From assembly GCA_030704615.1 (NCBI GenBank), contig CM060733.1:25606001-25670000 (forward strand): 64,000 bases of DNA, given 5' to 3'. The stretch comes from Takakia lepidozioides (lineage: Eukaryota; Plantae; Bryophyta). Shown here piece by piece: positions 25,445 through 36,784 of the stretch. Position 1 is the first letter of the stretch. Each line of letters starts with the position of its first letter. The notes under the pieces are model-generated. The model saw only the letters and a program-made list of their open reading frames with translations. It was not told the DNA's origin and ran no database searches. A program made the position numbers and the translations under genes.

Positions 25445-25530
25445 TGTCGTGCGCATACATATCGCTACACAACTACATCGCTGTCCAAACCACACCACAC
25501 ATATGTGCACAATAAAGTAGTCTGCCACAA
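25445..25530 (-). repeat. Repeat B1, directly downstream of the polypurine tract
   Basis: Sense strand reads AGGGGGGCGAT-TGTGGCAG...CACGACA-GC-TGTCAAG. Confidence 0.95.
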
Positions 25531-25788
25531 TCGCCCCCCTAGCTGGTGGATAGGTCCCTCTAACTCCAGATAGCTACAAGATGTAATAGCCACAGCCGTC
25601 CTAAGTCCCCTATCACTGTCCCTATTGTACTCAAATTCTATAGACCAAGAGGCCGGGTACAAGAGTAGCCCCATCGTTAGTCGCCGTCTTGCAATCTGTG
25701 AACTTGAGCCAGGACTTCGTGTATTCAAGGTATCCTGTAGCTGGGCCTTGCGTTGCTTGTTAGCCTTCCATGGTTGTATCCACTCCCA

Positions 25789-27425
25789 CTATCCAATGCA
25801 TTGTGGACATAACCAATCCCCATCCGGAACCATCTCAAGAGGTGGAGTCAAGCATCCCATATGCCAACCTCTAGAGCATCGATCACACACCAGCATGGTG
25901 GCTGCCCCTTTAGCAGACCCACACAACATGCACCTCAAACCTGCAGATACCACTGCCAGGTTTGGGTCAATCCTGCCATCGACATTCGGAAGGTGACATG
26001 GCGCACAATTACGCACATGGTCCTTCCAAGTTATGCCATCCCGACCCTCCAAGACCAAGACGCTTGAAGGCAAGACCTCTCGAACCCTCAAAATAACACG
26101 TCCTGCAGTCACATCCAGGGTCGTAGGAGCAGTCTGCTGCAGATAGACATAGTCACCAGGGTTGAATCTCCGAACCCCAGGACGATAGCCCCCACCACGT
26201 ATGGTAGCATACCTCAACGTATCACGGTGTTGTGCAATGGCAAGGTTCTCGAAAGCCATGGGCATGACTCTCTTGAACAACTCTGCACGCTGCTCACATG
26301 CACGTGCCCACACGTCCGGATCGTCAAGGTTAAGAACTGTAGCAGCTTCTCTGCGAATGGATGTAGGCAAATCCGGCTCTCGGCCAAAGAGAAGAAAGTA
26401 TGGTGAGAAAGAGGCAAGTGATGCTTGCTTGCTGAACCTGTAGCCCATGGCTAACCAGGGTAACTGAAGGTCCCAATCTCCAGGTGTCCCTTCTGCAAGC
26501 CATACTTGCGCAAACCCCTCTTTACTGTCTGAACAACTCTCTCTGCCAAGCCATCGGCCTCAGGATGATCCCGAGAAGTGGTGCGGTGGTCTATCAAGGC
26601 CTTGTCACACAAAGCCTGAAACTCCCCCAAGAACTCTCTCCCTTGGTCCGTGAGTACCTCAGCTGGAGCACCGAATCGGCTAAGCACACAATCCAAGAAT
26701 GCATACGCAGCTCCCTCACTAGCCTTATCAGGCAATGGAACCAATTCAATCCACTTGGAGAAGTGCTCCACCATCACCAACACGTACTTGTTGTGGCGCA
26801 TGGTCAGTGGCAACGGCCCTGCGAAGTCAAGACTCCACCTGTAGCCCAATCCCATGATCGGAAGAGGGTGCAATTGTGGAGTAGGGGCGTTGAATGAAGC
26901 ACGCACCCTGTCACACACCATGCACCTAGCCACAAATTGTTGCACCTCTGTGTGCATACCACGCCACCAATACTGCCCCTGCAGTAGACTATGAGTGCGT
27001 CGCACCCCAAAATGCCCCAACTCCTCATGGGCATGGCGCACTAACCGTGCCCGCTGTGTTGGGTGAGGCACAATCCTCACTCGACCATCCTCCCACACTC
27101 GGAGCAGGTGTGTCCCCTCCCACTTGAACCTCTTGGCTCGTTGTAGGATCCGATCCCTCTCCTTGGCAGTCATAGTGGCTGTCGTGTCTCCAGTGCGGAG
27201 GTAGTCCAACACAACTGAATCCTCATGTATATCTTTGGCGCCACCTTGCTCATTGCTGGCCTCAGGGTCCTCAGACACTTGATCTACAGTCATCCCTGTT
27301 GCAGGTCCAACCTGGCCTTCCGCTGCCAAGATACACAGAAATGCAGATGCATGCCATCCGGGCACCATCTCCTCGTCCGTCTCACCATGCCACCGAGCTC
27401 CAGTGTCATCTGCTGGCTCGTGCAT
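25789..27425 (-). CDS. Integrase (HHCC, DDE) with C-terminal PHD finger; frameshift near 26470
   Basis: HEELGHFG...CMVC, SLDFAG, TDQGREF, GLAERVVQ. C4HC3 motif CMLC...CDRCSRGWHMGCLTPPL...GDWLCPQC. Confidence 0.9.
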
Positions 27426-28762
27426 GGATTGCGACTCAACCCATCTGCATTGCGATTGACCAAACCCGGTCGATGCACCACCTGAAAGTCATACTCTTGA
27501 AGGATGAGTGCCCACCGTGCAAGCTTCCCCGTAAGCTTGTCTGACTCCATCAACCACTTGAGTGGTTGGTGATCCGTGACAAGGGTGAAGAGATTGCCGT
27601 ATAGATAGCACCTGAAGTGTGCCACGGCCCACACTGCAGCTAAGCATTCTCCCTCATATGAGCTATACTTAGACTCTGCAGCATTGTTCGAGCGGCTAGC
27701 ATAAGCCACTACGAACTCTCTTCCCTCATCATCCACCTGTGTGAGCACCGCTCCAAGCCCCAGCATGCTCCAATCTGTATGCAGCTGAAAAGGACGCCCC
27801 CTGATAGGTCGTCTCAAGATGGGCGCCGAGGTCAACCTCGCCTTGAGCTCTTGAAAAGCTTGTTCTTGCTCATCTTCCCACTGCCACTCCTGGTCCACCT
27901 TGGTCAGCTTGGTTAGAGCCTTTGCAATGGCACTAAATCCCTTAACAAACCGTCTGTAATAGTTTGCTAACCCCATGAAAGCTCGAACTCGGCTCACATC
28001 CGTGGGGCGTGGAACCTGTGCAATGGACTCTACCTTAGTCTGCTGTACCCCCAATCCTCCAGGATATATCATGTGACCCAGATACTCAATCTGGTTGTGG
28101 AAAAACTTGCACTTGCCCGGATGTAACTTCAATCCGTGCGTCCTCAAGCGCTCAAATACCCCCTGAAGGTGTCTCTCATGCTCCTCCACCGTAGCACTAA
28201 AGATGATGATGTCATCTATGTAGCACCGAGCAAACTCCACCCCTGCTAGAATCCTGTCCATGACTCTTTGAAACTCAGCGGGAGCGTTTTTAAGCCCAAA
28301 TGGTAAGAACCGCCACTGGTATAGGCAATCCTTCCCGTGCTCATTGATCCCCCAGAATGCCGTCTTTTGCTTATCCGCCTCCTTGATCGGCAACTGGTGA
28401 TATCCGGATCGTAAATCCAACGTGCTAAAGACCTTGGAATGCCCAATGGCATCAAAGATCTCCTCTGGTGTCGGCATGGCATACCTATCGGACTTGGTCT
28501 GACGATTTACAGGCCGGTAATCACCGCACATACGTCTCTCCGTCCAATTGCCATAGACATCCTTCTTGGCTGGCATCACTGTGGCTGAAGCATACTCTCC
28601 ACCAGAGAGCTCCACCAAACCTGCCTCCCAGAGATCTTGAGTCCTCATCTGAATCAAAGACCTCTCCATGTCACTGTATCTATAGGGTCTCCGAAAGATT
28701 GGCGTGTCAGTGGCCAACTCAATACGGATCTCTTGACCCTTCAGTGCTCCCAAGTCCTTCAA
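27290..28762 (-). CDS. Reverse transcriptase and RNase H (gypsy type)
   Basis: [62 protein letters not shown]. Confidence 0.95.
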   Translation of the reverse strand: MKDLGALKGQEIRIELATDTPIFRRPYRYSDMERSLIQMRTQDLWEAGLVELSGGEYASATVMPAKKDVYGNWTERRMCGDYRPVNRQTKSDRYAMPTPEEIFDAIGHSKVFSTLDLRSGYHQLPIKEADKQKTAFWGINEHGKDCLYQWRFLPFGLKNAPAEFQRVMDRILAGVEFARCYIDDIIIFSATVEEHERHLQGVFERLRTHGLKLHPGKCKFFHNQIEYLGHMIYPGGLGVQQTKVESIAQVPRPTDVSRVRAFMGLANYYRRFVKGFSAIAKALTKLTKVDQEWQWEDEQEQAFQELKARLTSAPILRRPIRGRPFQLHTDWSMLGLGAVLTQVDDEGREFVVAYASRSNNAAESKYSSYEGECLAAVWAVAHFRCYLYGNLFTLVTDHQPLKWLMESDKLTGKLARWALILQEYDFQVVHRPGLVNRNADGLSRNPCTSQQMTLELGGMVRRTRRWCPDGMHLHFCVSWQRKARLDLQQG

Positions 28763-29124
28763 ACTGAAGGCAAAGCAATTCCTGTAAGCCCTCAGGAACC
28801 GCCGTATACGTCGTCTCTCTCCTCCGGTGACAATGGGTCCAATGTCAGGCTCCCAATTGTCCTCCGTAACTGCAACCTTAAGTCCAGTGGGCTTAGAGGT
28901 AGAGGACGCGTCCCGTGGTTGCTATGCTGCAACCTCTTGAGCAGTACTCCCTTCCTGCTCAGTCAATGACAAGGCCTCATCCTGCCCCATCATCTCATCA
29001 TTGAGAACCTCCTCATCCCGAGAAGAATCCCCAACCTCATCCATCACAGCTGCCTTGGCTGCCAACTCCCTCTGAACCTCGAGCACCTCCCACGTGTGCC
29101 ATGGATGTCTACACCCCGTGGTCC

Positions 29125-30294
29125 TCACCGGCTCGCCCCCACTCGCTGCCTGTACCGTCTCGGTAGGCAGAGAGACCAAGGGAGTGCACTCCGCACTCTA
29201 CGTTGCTCAGCCATAGCCAAGCTGACAATCCAGGTCAAGCAATTGAGATCCATTGCTTGCCCCAACACCTGACGACGTGATGCCTCAGAAAGAGAAGGCA
29301 CCGCCGTGGTCCCAGTGGAAAACCCCATAGCCCGCTCTCGCTCGTCGGCATTAGGCTCCACTAACTGCTGCAACTGAGCATCCCACAGGAGGCCAGGTCC
29401 ACCATCCCGAAAAGCATGGGATCCTGGGAAGCTGAGCAGTGTAGGTAATGCTGCTCGTGGTTGACCCACCCTGTTGACCACTGCCAAAGGCGAACGGTCA
29501 TCGTGTCTCACACGTTGAGACTGCCTCCCTGTGTCCAAAATGCCATCCACGGTGAGGTGTGTTGGCCGCTGCACCCCATCAAATGCACGCTTGAGCAGTG
29601 CGGGTGGCATCAAGTTAGTCCACCATAGCCGTGGACGATGAGCCCGTGATCCCACTGCAGCTGCATCCAGCAGCACTGCTGACCCAAGCCACGACCGGAC
29701 TTGATGCACACTGGCCATCACCCTGGCCCGAGAATCACCCATCAGTGGCACATTCTCCAAGATGTATGCTGGCGATACAGCTTGATGAAGCTGCAAGTGG
29801 CGCAAAATCCGCACCATCTCCCAAAACAGACCCGTCCTCGAGTCTCGCAATCCATTGCCATGCCCGGCTGATGAATGCCCTTGGCAGGGCCAACCTGCCA
29901 CTACCAGATCAATGGAGCCAACCTGCTCCAAATCCGGCGCCCCCAGCAACGAAATGTCTGCTGGCAAGGCTTGTTGGTATCCACGAACTGCAGACACTGG
30001 CAACAAAGCAGGGTACTGCTGTACCAACTGAGCAACATGGCGCAGTGAGACGCGTCGTGCAGTCTCATCCCTCTCCACATACAGGTAACGCCTTACCCGC
30101 ACACCTGCCTGTAGCACAGCAGCCAATCCGGTGCTGATCCCGCCAAACAAGTCCAGAAGGCAAATGCCTTCATCCGGATACTGCCACACAATAGGTGTGG
30201 TATCCAATGGTGACAACTGAGGTGGTCCTGGTGCAATATCCGCACTCTCCTCCTCTCTTGACGGTACAAAAGCCTCTACCCAGGCTTGTTGCAC
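29125..30294 (-). CDS. DNA (cytosine-5)-methyltransferase domain, DNMT3-like, embedded in pol
   Basis: Motif I LDLFGGISTG, II YVERD, IV VAGWPCQG, VI LENVP, VIII AHRPRLWWTN, IX-X ERERAMGF...SRRQVLGQAM, in non-permuted order. Confidence 0.93.
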   Translation of the reverse strand: MQQAWVEAFVPSREEESADIAPGPPQLSPLDTTPIVWQYPDEGICLLDLFGGISTGLAAVLQAGVRVRRYLYVERDETARRVSLRHVAQLVQQYPALLPVSAVRGYQQALPADISLLGAPDLEQVGSIDLVVAGWPCQGHSSAGHGNGLRDSRTGLFWEMVRILRHLQLHQAVSPAYILENVPLMGDSRARVMASVHQVRSWLGSAVLLDAAAVGSRAHRPRLWWTNLMPPALLKRAFDGVQRPTHLTVDGILDTGRQSQRVRHDDRSPLAVVNRVGQPRAALPTLLSFPGSHAFRDGGPGLLWDAQLQQLVEPNADERERAMGFSTGTTAVPSLSEASRRQVLGQAMDLNCLTWIVSLAMAEQRRVRSALPWSLCLPRRYRQRVGASR

Positions 30295-30297
30295 CCG

Positions 30298-31068
30298 TCA
30301 ATCAGCAACCTGCTGCAAATCCTTGCTCGTACCCCACAATGGAGTGTGAGCAACCATGGCAGGCAACTCCGCCATACCATGCATGTCATCCTGCTCTGCT
30401 GGAGGTGGCACATCCTCTGCATGGGCATTGCCTTCCAGCAACTCTCCAGGCCAACTAACTGCAGCTGTAAAGGCGGCTAGTGTTGGCATCTTGCCCCGCT
30501 GGGCAGCCGCTATACCCCCAATGAATGTCACAGGGAGCTGTGCACGGCGACCATCGCCTGACTGCCATCCAGGCCTGTAGGATGCTGACTCCTCCCAAAA
30601 GTCCAGGGTGAAGCCCATGGGGTATAACACTGCCCCACCAACGAGGACATCGTAAGAGACCGCGTCTGTCACAATGGCCTTGGCTCGCATTACTGAGCCA
30701 TCGATAGGATGATCCGGCTGCAGTCTAATGGCCAACTGATGCCGTGTCATGCCCCGAGCCTGCTCTGATCCTCCCAGAGATGTCTGTATCTGGAAAGGAC
30801 AAGGCTCCATATCCGCCTCCATGAGGCCCAAACCTGCAATAGCAGCTCTGCCCAACATCAGTGGCTGAGCTCCCGAGTCCAACAAGACCCGCAGTGGCCG
30901 GTACTTCTTGCCTGCCGGTCCACTCAAAGTAAAAATGCCTCCCTGGTTGTCTAACAAGACAACTCCAGGTGTCACCATGGCGCGCTCAAAGGCTGGCCTA
31001 GCTGGCAGCTCCGTCAACCTGGCAGCTGCAGCTTGCCAGGGCGCAGCCGTGGCAGTCTTGACCCTCAA
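30298..31068 (-). CDS. Aspartic protease domain
   Basis: VLLDSGAQ ... YDVLVGGAVL. Confidence 0.85.
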   Translation of the reverse strand: MRVKTATAAPWQAAAARLTELPARPAFERAMVTPGVVLLDNQGGIFTLSGPAGKKYRPLRVLLDSGAQPLMLGRAAIAGLGLMEADMEPCPFQIQTSLGGSEQARGMTRHQLAIRLQPDHPIDGSVMRAKAIVTDAVSYDVLVGGAVLYPMGFTLDFWEESASYRPGWQSGDGRRAQLPVTFIGGIAAAQRGKMPTLAAFTAAVSWPGELLEGNAHAEDVPPPAEQDDMHGMAELPAMVAHTPLWGTSKDLQQVAD

Positions 31069-31099
31069 ATCCAGGATCCCTCTGCCACTACACCTTTCA

Positions 31100-33060
31100 C
31101 TAACTCCGCAGAAGATGAAGTGACCTCCCCACTCTCAAGAGTGTTGCTGCTAGTCTGAACACTGCAGCTGGCCTTACCCCCGGCGTCGCAATCATGGTTG
31201 CCGAGAACAATGGGGCTTGACACACAGAGGTGGCTGCCCCCAATAACACACCGGCTGCACTAGCCTTGGTAGCAGGTGTCAGTGCTGCACGTGTAGCTCT
31301 CCCCAATGGCATAGTAACCTCCGCCTCGGTAACAGTCGGGCGAGAACTAGGTGCCATGGATGGCGTCGACACAGTCTCCGCCAATGTGAATGACTGAGGA
31401 AGCCTCGCCTGACGGCTTGCCTCCCCACGCTGTGGATCCAATTCCACCTCTGCACCTCGTGGCTCAGGAACTCGTGCTGCTCCTCGAGTCACGGCTGCAG
31501 CAGACTCCACCTGCTCTAGTGGTAGTGCTGCTCCGCACATGAATCCCATGCCTCCCATATCTCCTCCCTCAGGAGCAGGAGGTGGACCATCCCGCCTGGG
31601 AGCCGGTACCGCCTGAGCTATAGCCATGGCAGCGAGCCTCTGCTCTAGCTGCTGAAGCCGATTGGCCATGCCTTGGTCAACACCCTGACCTCCGCGTCCT
31701 TGGCCATGTGGAGCTTGCCCTTGGCCTGCACCTCGTGCCCGACCACCTCGTCCTCTTTGGGCTGGTCCACCTCGCCCCCGGCCACCATTGTTCCCTTGGA
31801 ACTGGCCTGGGCGCAACTCAGGATGCAAGTCATAACATTGGGCATCTCCATGCCCATACTTGCCGCAATGCCCACACTGCAACTGTGCAGGCTGTGCTTG
31901 TGCCGGCCTTTTGCCACTCTCTGGGCAATCTCTCTTGACATGGGGTCCTCCACATGTCCAACATATCACCCCTGGTTGCTGTTGGCCTGCAAAAGATGCC
32001 ACGGCCTCTGCACCTGAGGTCCCTTGTAAGCTCCATGGAACTTGGGCTGGGCAACCTTGCCCCCCTGACCACGCTGTTTGGGCAGTACCTTGTGCCTGTG
32101 GGCTGGCAGCTGCGCCTCGTGCAGGCATGTCCTTGCCAAATCCAATTGTAACAACTCGCTCCTCCACCATATTGAGCTCAATCCGCTCAGCCAGCAGAAA
32201 CACATCTGCTAATGTGGGTTGGGCTGCTTGTAACAGGGTTGCATCTCGCACCCTTCTCTTCAGCTCCTTGTCCAGAATTCCATACCAAAACTGGATTGCC
32301 TGAGCTTCAGTAACCCCTTGGGTCACACTTATCAAGCGCCTCATACGAGTATACGCCTCTCGCAGGCTCTCACTGGGTTTGCGCTGGAAGTCTTGCAAAC
32401 TTCGCAGCTTCTCTGTCCGTACACCTTGGTAGTTCCTCCGCAACTCCTGGAAGAACTCCACCACCGGGTTGAATCTAGGCACATGTGTTGTAGTCGTGGC
32501 AGGAGGAGTAGTAGCACCTTTTGAACTGGTACCACCTGCAGAAGTACCAGCACTACTTGCTCCACTACTAGTGCTGGCAGTGGGATGGTACTGATGCAGC
32601 TACTGGTCGCGTCGTGCCTCGAGTAATGGAGACGTAGTCAGGTGACCAATACATCCTCCACTCCTCAATCTCTGCTTCATGTCCTCGCCTGAACTCGTGG
32701 TAATCGTCCATAGGCGGGCCTTCCAAATGCTGGAACAGTCCCTTCCACGCCATGAATGGGGTGAATAGCTGTGGATTGCGCATCTGCTGCAAATCACACC
32801 AGCTGTCGAACTCCTGGATAAAGTCATCCAACTCAATTGTGCCCACAGCTCCAGAGTACCTACGAGGCCCCTTGGTAGCTCCATACATCTCCTCCATGTC
32901 GTCCCACAACAATGGCGAATGAAAGTGCACACCTGTTGATGAAGCCTCCGAGTCTGTGTCTGACTCTACAGTAATTGAGGGTGGCGGTGAAGGTGGTCTG
33001 AACCGAATACCTCGTCTTGTGAACCCACTCTCACTGTTACTGCCTGTAGCCGTACTCCCT
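31100..33060 (-). CDS. Gag with two zinc knuckles (frameshift near 32570)
   Basis: LDDFIQEFDSWC, FQRKPSESLREAYTRM, CWTCGGPHVKRDC, CGHCGKYGHGDAQC. Start uncertain. Confidence 0.85.
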
Positions 33061-33847
33061 CAAAGCCCTTGGGTAACTCCGTAATGACACTCACAATGTG
33101 CACCTCCTCCACGTGACACTATAAGGCTCTAGTACTAATCTAATAGTGACACGGGTGGGCACCTGTTGCAGTTTAAGGGTCATATCCCAATGGCTCAGGG
33201 CACCTGCACCTGCATCCACCGCAAGAACTCCTATGGTTGGCTGGTCATCAACCCAGCCTCACCATAGAAGAAACACTGGTGGTCTTGCTGGTCATCACTC
33301 CAGCCTCACCACCGACAGCATACTCTAGGATTGACCGGTGATCAAATCCGGCCTAATCCCTATGAAAGCAAACGCCCACACAAAACCAACATGGCGCACA
33401 GTCAAGCATACAGGTGTTGGGGGGGATCCAAACACAAGAAATCAAAACATCAACACCCCCACACCAAAATCCAGCTGCAATGCTGATCCTGCAGAATAGC
33501 CCAGCCCAAAACCCCGGACTGACTGGCCTCCACCAAGAGAGGCTTTGGCAACTACAAGTACAAGGTAATGAAAATAGTACAGAGATGGAGGGGAAGAATA
33601 GAAGCCCGACCAAGCAAGATCTAATCCTGATCTATGCTACCAACTGCCAGACTTCTCTCAAAGTGCCTCGCTCTGCATGATGGTAAGGTATAGGAGGTAT
33701 ATCTATGTCCAGAAACCTGCCACTAACCTTGTCCCAAGCTACAGTAGCTCGCTCTAACCAACCCTCCTCCTCTTTCTGCCAAGTAGAGACAAAGCAATAC
33801 TCCCCTATCTTCCGCTCACTGAACACTAAAGAAAACAAAGGTAGGGT

Positions 33848-34414
33848 CTAATAGTCTCTCAACTCGAAAGCTTTGAGACGGTTGCGGGTGTCCTCATTGC
33901 GGATGACTGCATCGCCCTCAAGCAGAGCAAACTTGTCCTTGCAAATGAACCCCCGCTCGTGGTTGCCTTGTGCAGAGCATGTCTGGCTGCAACGCTGTCT
34001 GATTGCACAAACTTGTGTAGCTCCTGCTCCTCTACTCCAATACACCACGGCCTTGTGGCTGAACACCTTGGTACCCGGGGCTGTCTTTGGCTGTGTTCCA
34101 AGCCTAGCTTTCACCCACTTTGGTATTTCACCTACAGCTGCAGAACTGCTGGCTCCAACAGAGTTCTGACTGTCCAAGGCGATATTGAGGCCCTCAACGC
34201 CAACTACAGCAGTCTGTTGTCTACTGCTAATGCCTGACTCCCAGTATGCAATCAACTCGTCCAACTGTTCTCCACTCAAAATCAGTCTGAGTTCCTTGGG
34301 AAACATAAATTTTGTCCCCTTGGGTGCACAAGCTAAGAGAAGAGACCTGCCCTTCAATTACGTCCTCATTTCCCCCAGCCATACAAGGAGTGCATCCCTA
34401 GATTTATCTCTCAT
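33848..34414 (-). CDS. Extra ORF upstream of gag, unknown function (one in-frame stop at 34358-34360)
   Basis: ATG 34414 is in frame with the 169-aa ORF; same strand as gag-pol; Cys/His cluster near the C-terminus. Confidence 0.45.
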
Positions 34415-35149
34415 GTAGACCAGAACAGGTTCTAGAAACAGGATTGTGGATCTTTCATGGCACACTCACACTATAAAAATTCCATAGATTTCTAGCAGAG
34501 TCCCAAAAACAAAAACCAGATCTAGGTAGGTAGATTTCCCCTTTCTGCAGCTATCCTCCCAAAAACTGAGTCAAACGGAGCTTATTTGACAAAGATATGA
34601 CCAATTTGGCTCTAAATCATTTAAATTAGATCAAAGGGGTTTTTTTTTTTTTTTTTTTTATAAAAAATTTATAAAGGTTTTCAAGTTTAAAAATTTAAAG
34701 TTACACCCAAAATATCTGGGAACTGGTTCCCGGTTCCCTAAGTTCTATATGGTTCCCTAGGTTCCCTGGCCACGTGCCTGCTGTTCCCCTCCATTTCATT
34801 TGAGTTCAACAGAGCTGTGAGATCCGAAACTCCAAGTAGAGTGAGGCTGGAAATTTCATCAACTAGCCTGTGAATCTTCTCCGATGGCGGGGCATCTGAG
34901 CTCTGGCGATGGCGGATCTGCTCCTACGCTCTTGCTCCTCTTCCTCGAACTGGGCCTGCACGCTGCGGCTGAAGATGGAGCTTGCAACAGTGAGCGGCAG
35001 CAGGACGAGGCAAGAACTGACTCATAGCAGGGAGCACCCTTGCTCTGCAATGGGCCCCGTCTTCTTTGCCTCCCGCACTGCTCACAATTTCATGCTGCAA
35101 CATGAGTGTGCCAAAGAACCGTTGTGATGCACACTCATCCAAAGAGATC

Positions 35150-35465
35150 CGCTCCAGCCTGCAGGTACTTGACCTTGCTTTCAATTCACTGAGTGGCCCT
35201 ATTCCTGCTGAGCTGGCTCCTCTTCAGAACATCATCTCTTTCTCGGTGGAAGGAAATTTGCTCTCTGGTCAAATACCATCATGGTTTGGGAACTGGCAAA
35301 ACTTGTCCAGCCTCCGTCTCTGCAGGACCAATCCCACCAGAACTCTGCAATGCAATCAACTTGGATCCAGTAGCATTCAACCAGAATAATCTTACTGGCA
35401 ACATAACTGATACCTTCTGCAGGTGTAGTAGCCTGTCAGAGATTGACCTGACCTCAATCCACAGT
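35150..35465 (+). pseudogene. Captured LRR receptor-kinase fragment (EMS1/EXS-like)
   Basis: Plant LRRs SLQVLDLAFNSLSGPIPAEL, SFSVEGNLLSGQIPSWF, GPIPPELCNA...NQNNLTGNITDTF. Confidence 0.75.
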
Positions 35466-36004
35466 TGAAATTCTGGCAGCAAATTTCTCCGCCAAGTCAG
35501 GACATGCCAAAGGAGCAGGCCCTGACCAGCAAAAAGGTTCGCCCACATGCATACCCCCCTGTGTAATGTTCTCTACTCATGCTTGCAATCAACCAACTTC
35601 AAAGCGTCCAACGCCAAGCCTCGGTAAAGGGTCCAAAGCGCCTCGTTTATCTACAATGAAGGTGCACACCCTGAACAGTAACGGGTTAGCTCCCCTCCAG
35701 AGACGTAACCGGCCTGAATAGAAGCAAGGAACTAATCCTCTTTGATCTGCTCTTCACAGAACAGGAGAAATCTGATCGCCGTAATGCGTTGACACCACGA
35801 CACGAGGCGTCGTCGAACGTCCTCCCTTTCTGCTTTACAGCCACAGCCGCTCATTCACAGCAACGATGCACTCTCCTTACACAGCGCCGCTACACACCGT
35901 CCTTTCCTCTACTGGCTTCACAGACATGCGTCTGCTTTACAACACAATATTATTGCAAGATCTGCCACTCACGATCGCAAAGACTGAAAGTCTTGATACC
36001 ACAA

Positions 36005-36330
36005 CAGTGACATTGCCTGCACACAAGCCACTTTCGAACCAACAAAACCTGCCAGCAAAAGACCACGCTCCAACGCTGCTTGTGTCTGCACAGTAGCAGC
36101 ACCAAGCCTTTGACGCTCATCTGAAGCTACATCTCGACATGCTAGGGGCTCCTGCACCTAGAGCAGGCCGCCTGGTCTAAGGATCCGTGCTGCCTCATGG
36201 AGCCAAGCTGCAGTGTGGTGGCCGGGCGTTTCGACTAGAGAAATTATTACGTCCACAGATGACGCCTCTGCCGCAACCTTGCCACCAAGCTGTGAGGCGT
36301 TGCTGATCACTGCCAACCCCTTGCCACTGG
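36005..36330 (-). pseudogene. Captured fragment of anamorsin/DRE2-like N-terminal methyltransferase-like domain
   Basis: VISNASQL...ASSVDVIIS...EAARILRPGG...LERGLLLAGF resembles plant DRE2/CIAPIN1 (from recall). Confidence 0.6.
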
Positions 36331-36768
36331 CGGATTTCTCTTCAAGGTCTGCACAACCCACAAAACAACTGTGGCCGGGAGCGCCGCAGCGTCCGTCACC
36401 AGAAGCACCGCTGCCTTCCCTGCCTACGGCGGTGCACGGCTCTCATCCACCCAAGCAGTCAGCAGCACAGCCTTTCTTCGATCCCCCTGTAGTCCGGACG
36501 GACGGCAAAACCGTGGCTTGGAAGAGCGCCCAGCTCCACACCCACTTCACCTCCTCAGCTCCGCATCACTACCTCTAGCTTCACAACAATGAAAGTGCTC
36601 CAGGGGCGAGTTCGAGATACTCCATGTCAGCCACTGGCTCTACTTGAACTCCCATTCACCGCAGCGGCTCTATGGGGGCCCTGACATCACACCACCACCA
36701 TTTATATTATAATAGTGCTTAAAAAAACAAAACATCATATCTAGCTTAGCACTGGAAAACTAGATAGA

Positions 36769-36784
36769 GCTCATCTCTCTCGAG
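36769..36784 (-). promoter_or_regulatory. Self-priming PBS complementary to LTR-internal sequence 36974-36989
   Basis: gctcatctctctcgagt (36769-36785) is the perfect reverse complement of actcgagagagatgagc (36973-36989). Confidence 0.8.

Noticed and set aside
29125-30294. Bacterial restriction-modification methylase or contamination
   Set aside because: It is collinear within pol between PR and RT, has the same composition as its neighbours, shows DNMT3-like motifs, and has no cognate endonuclease.
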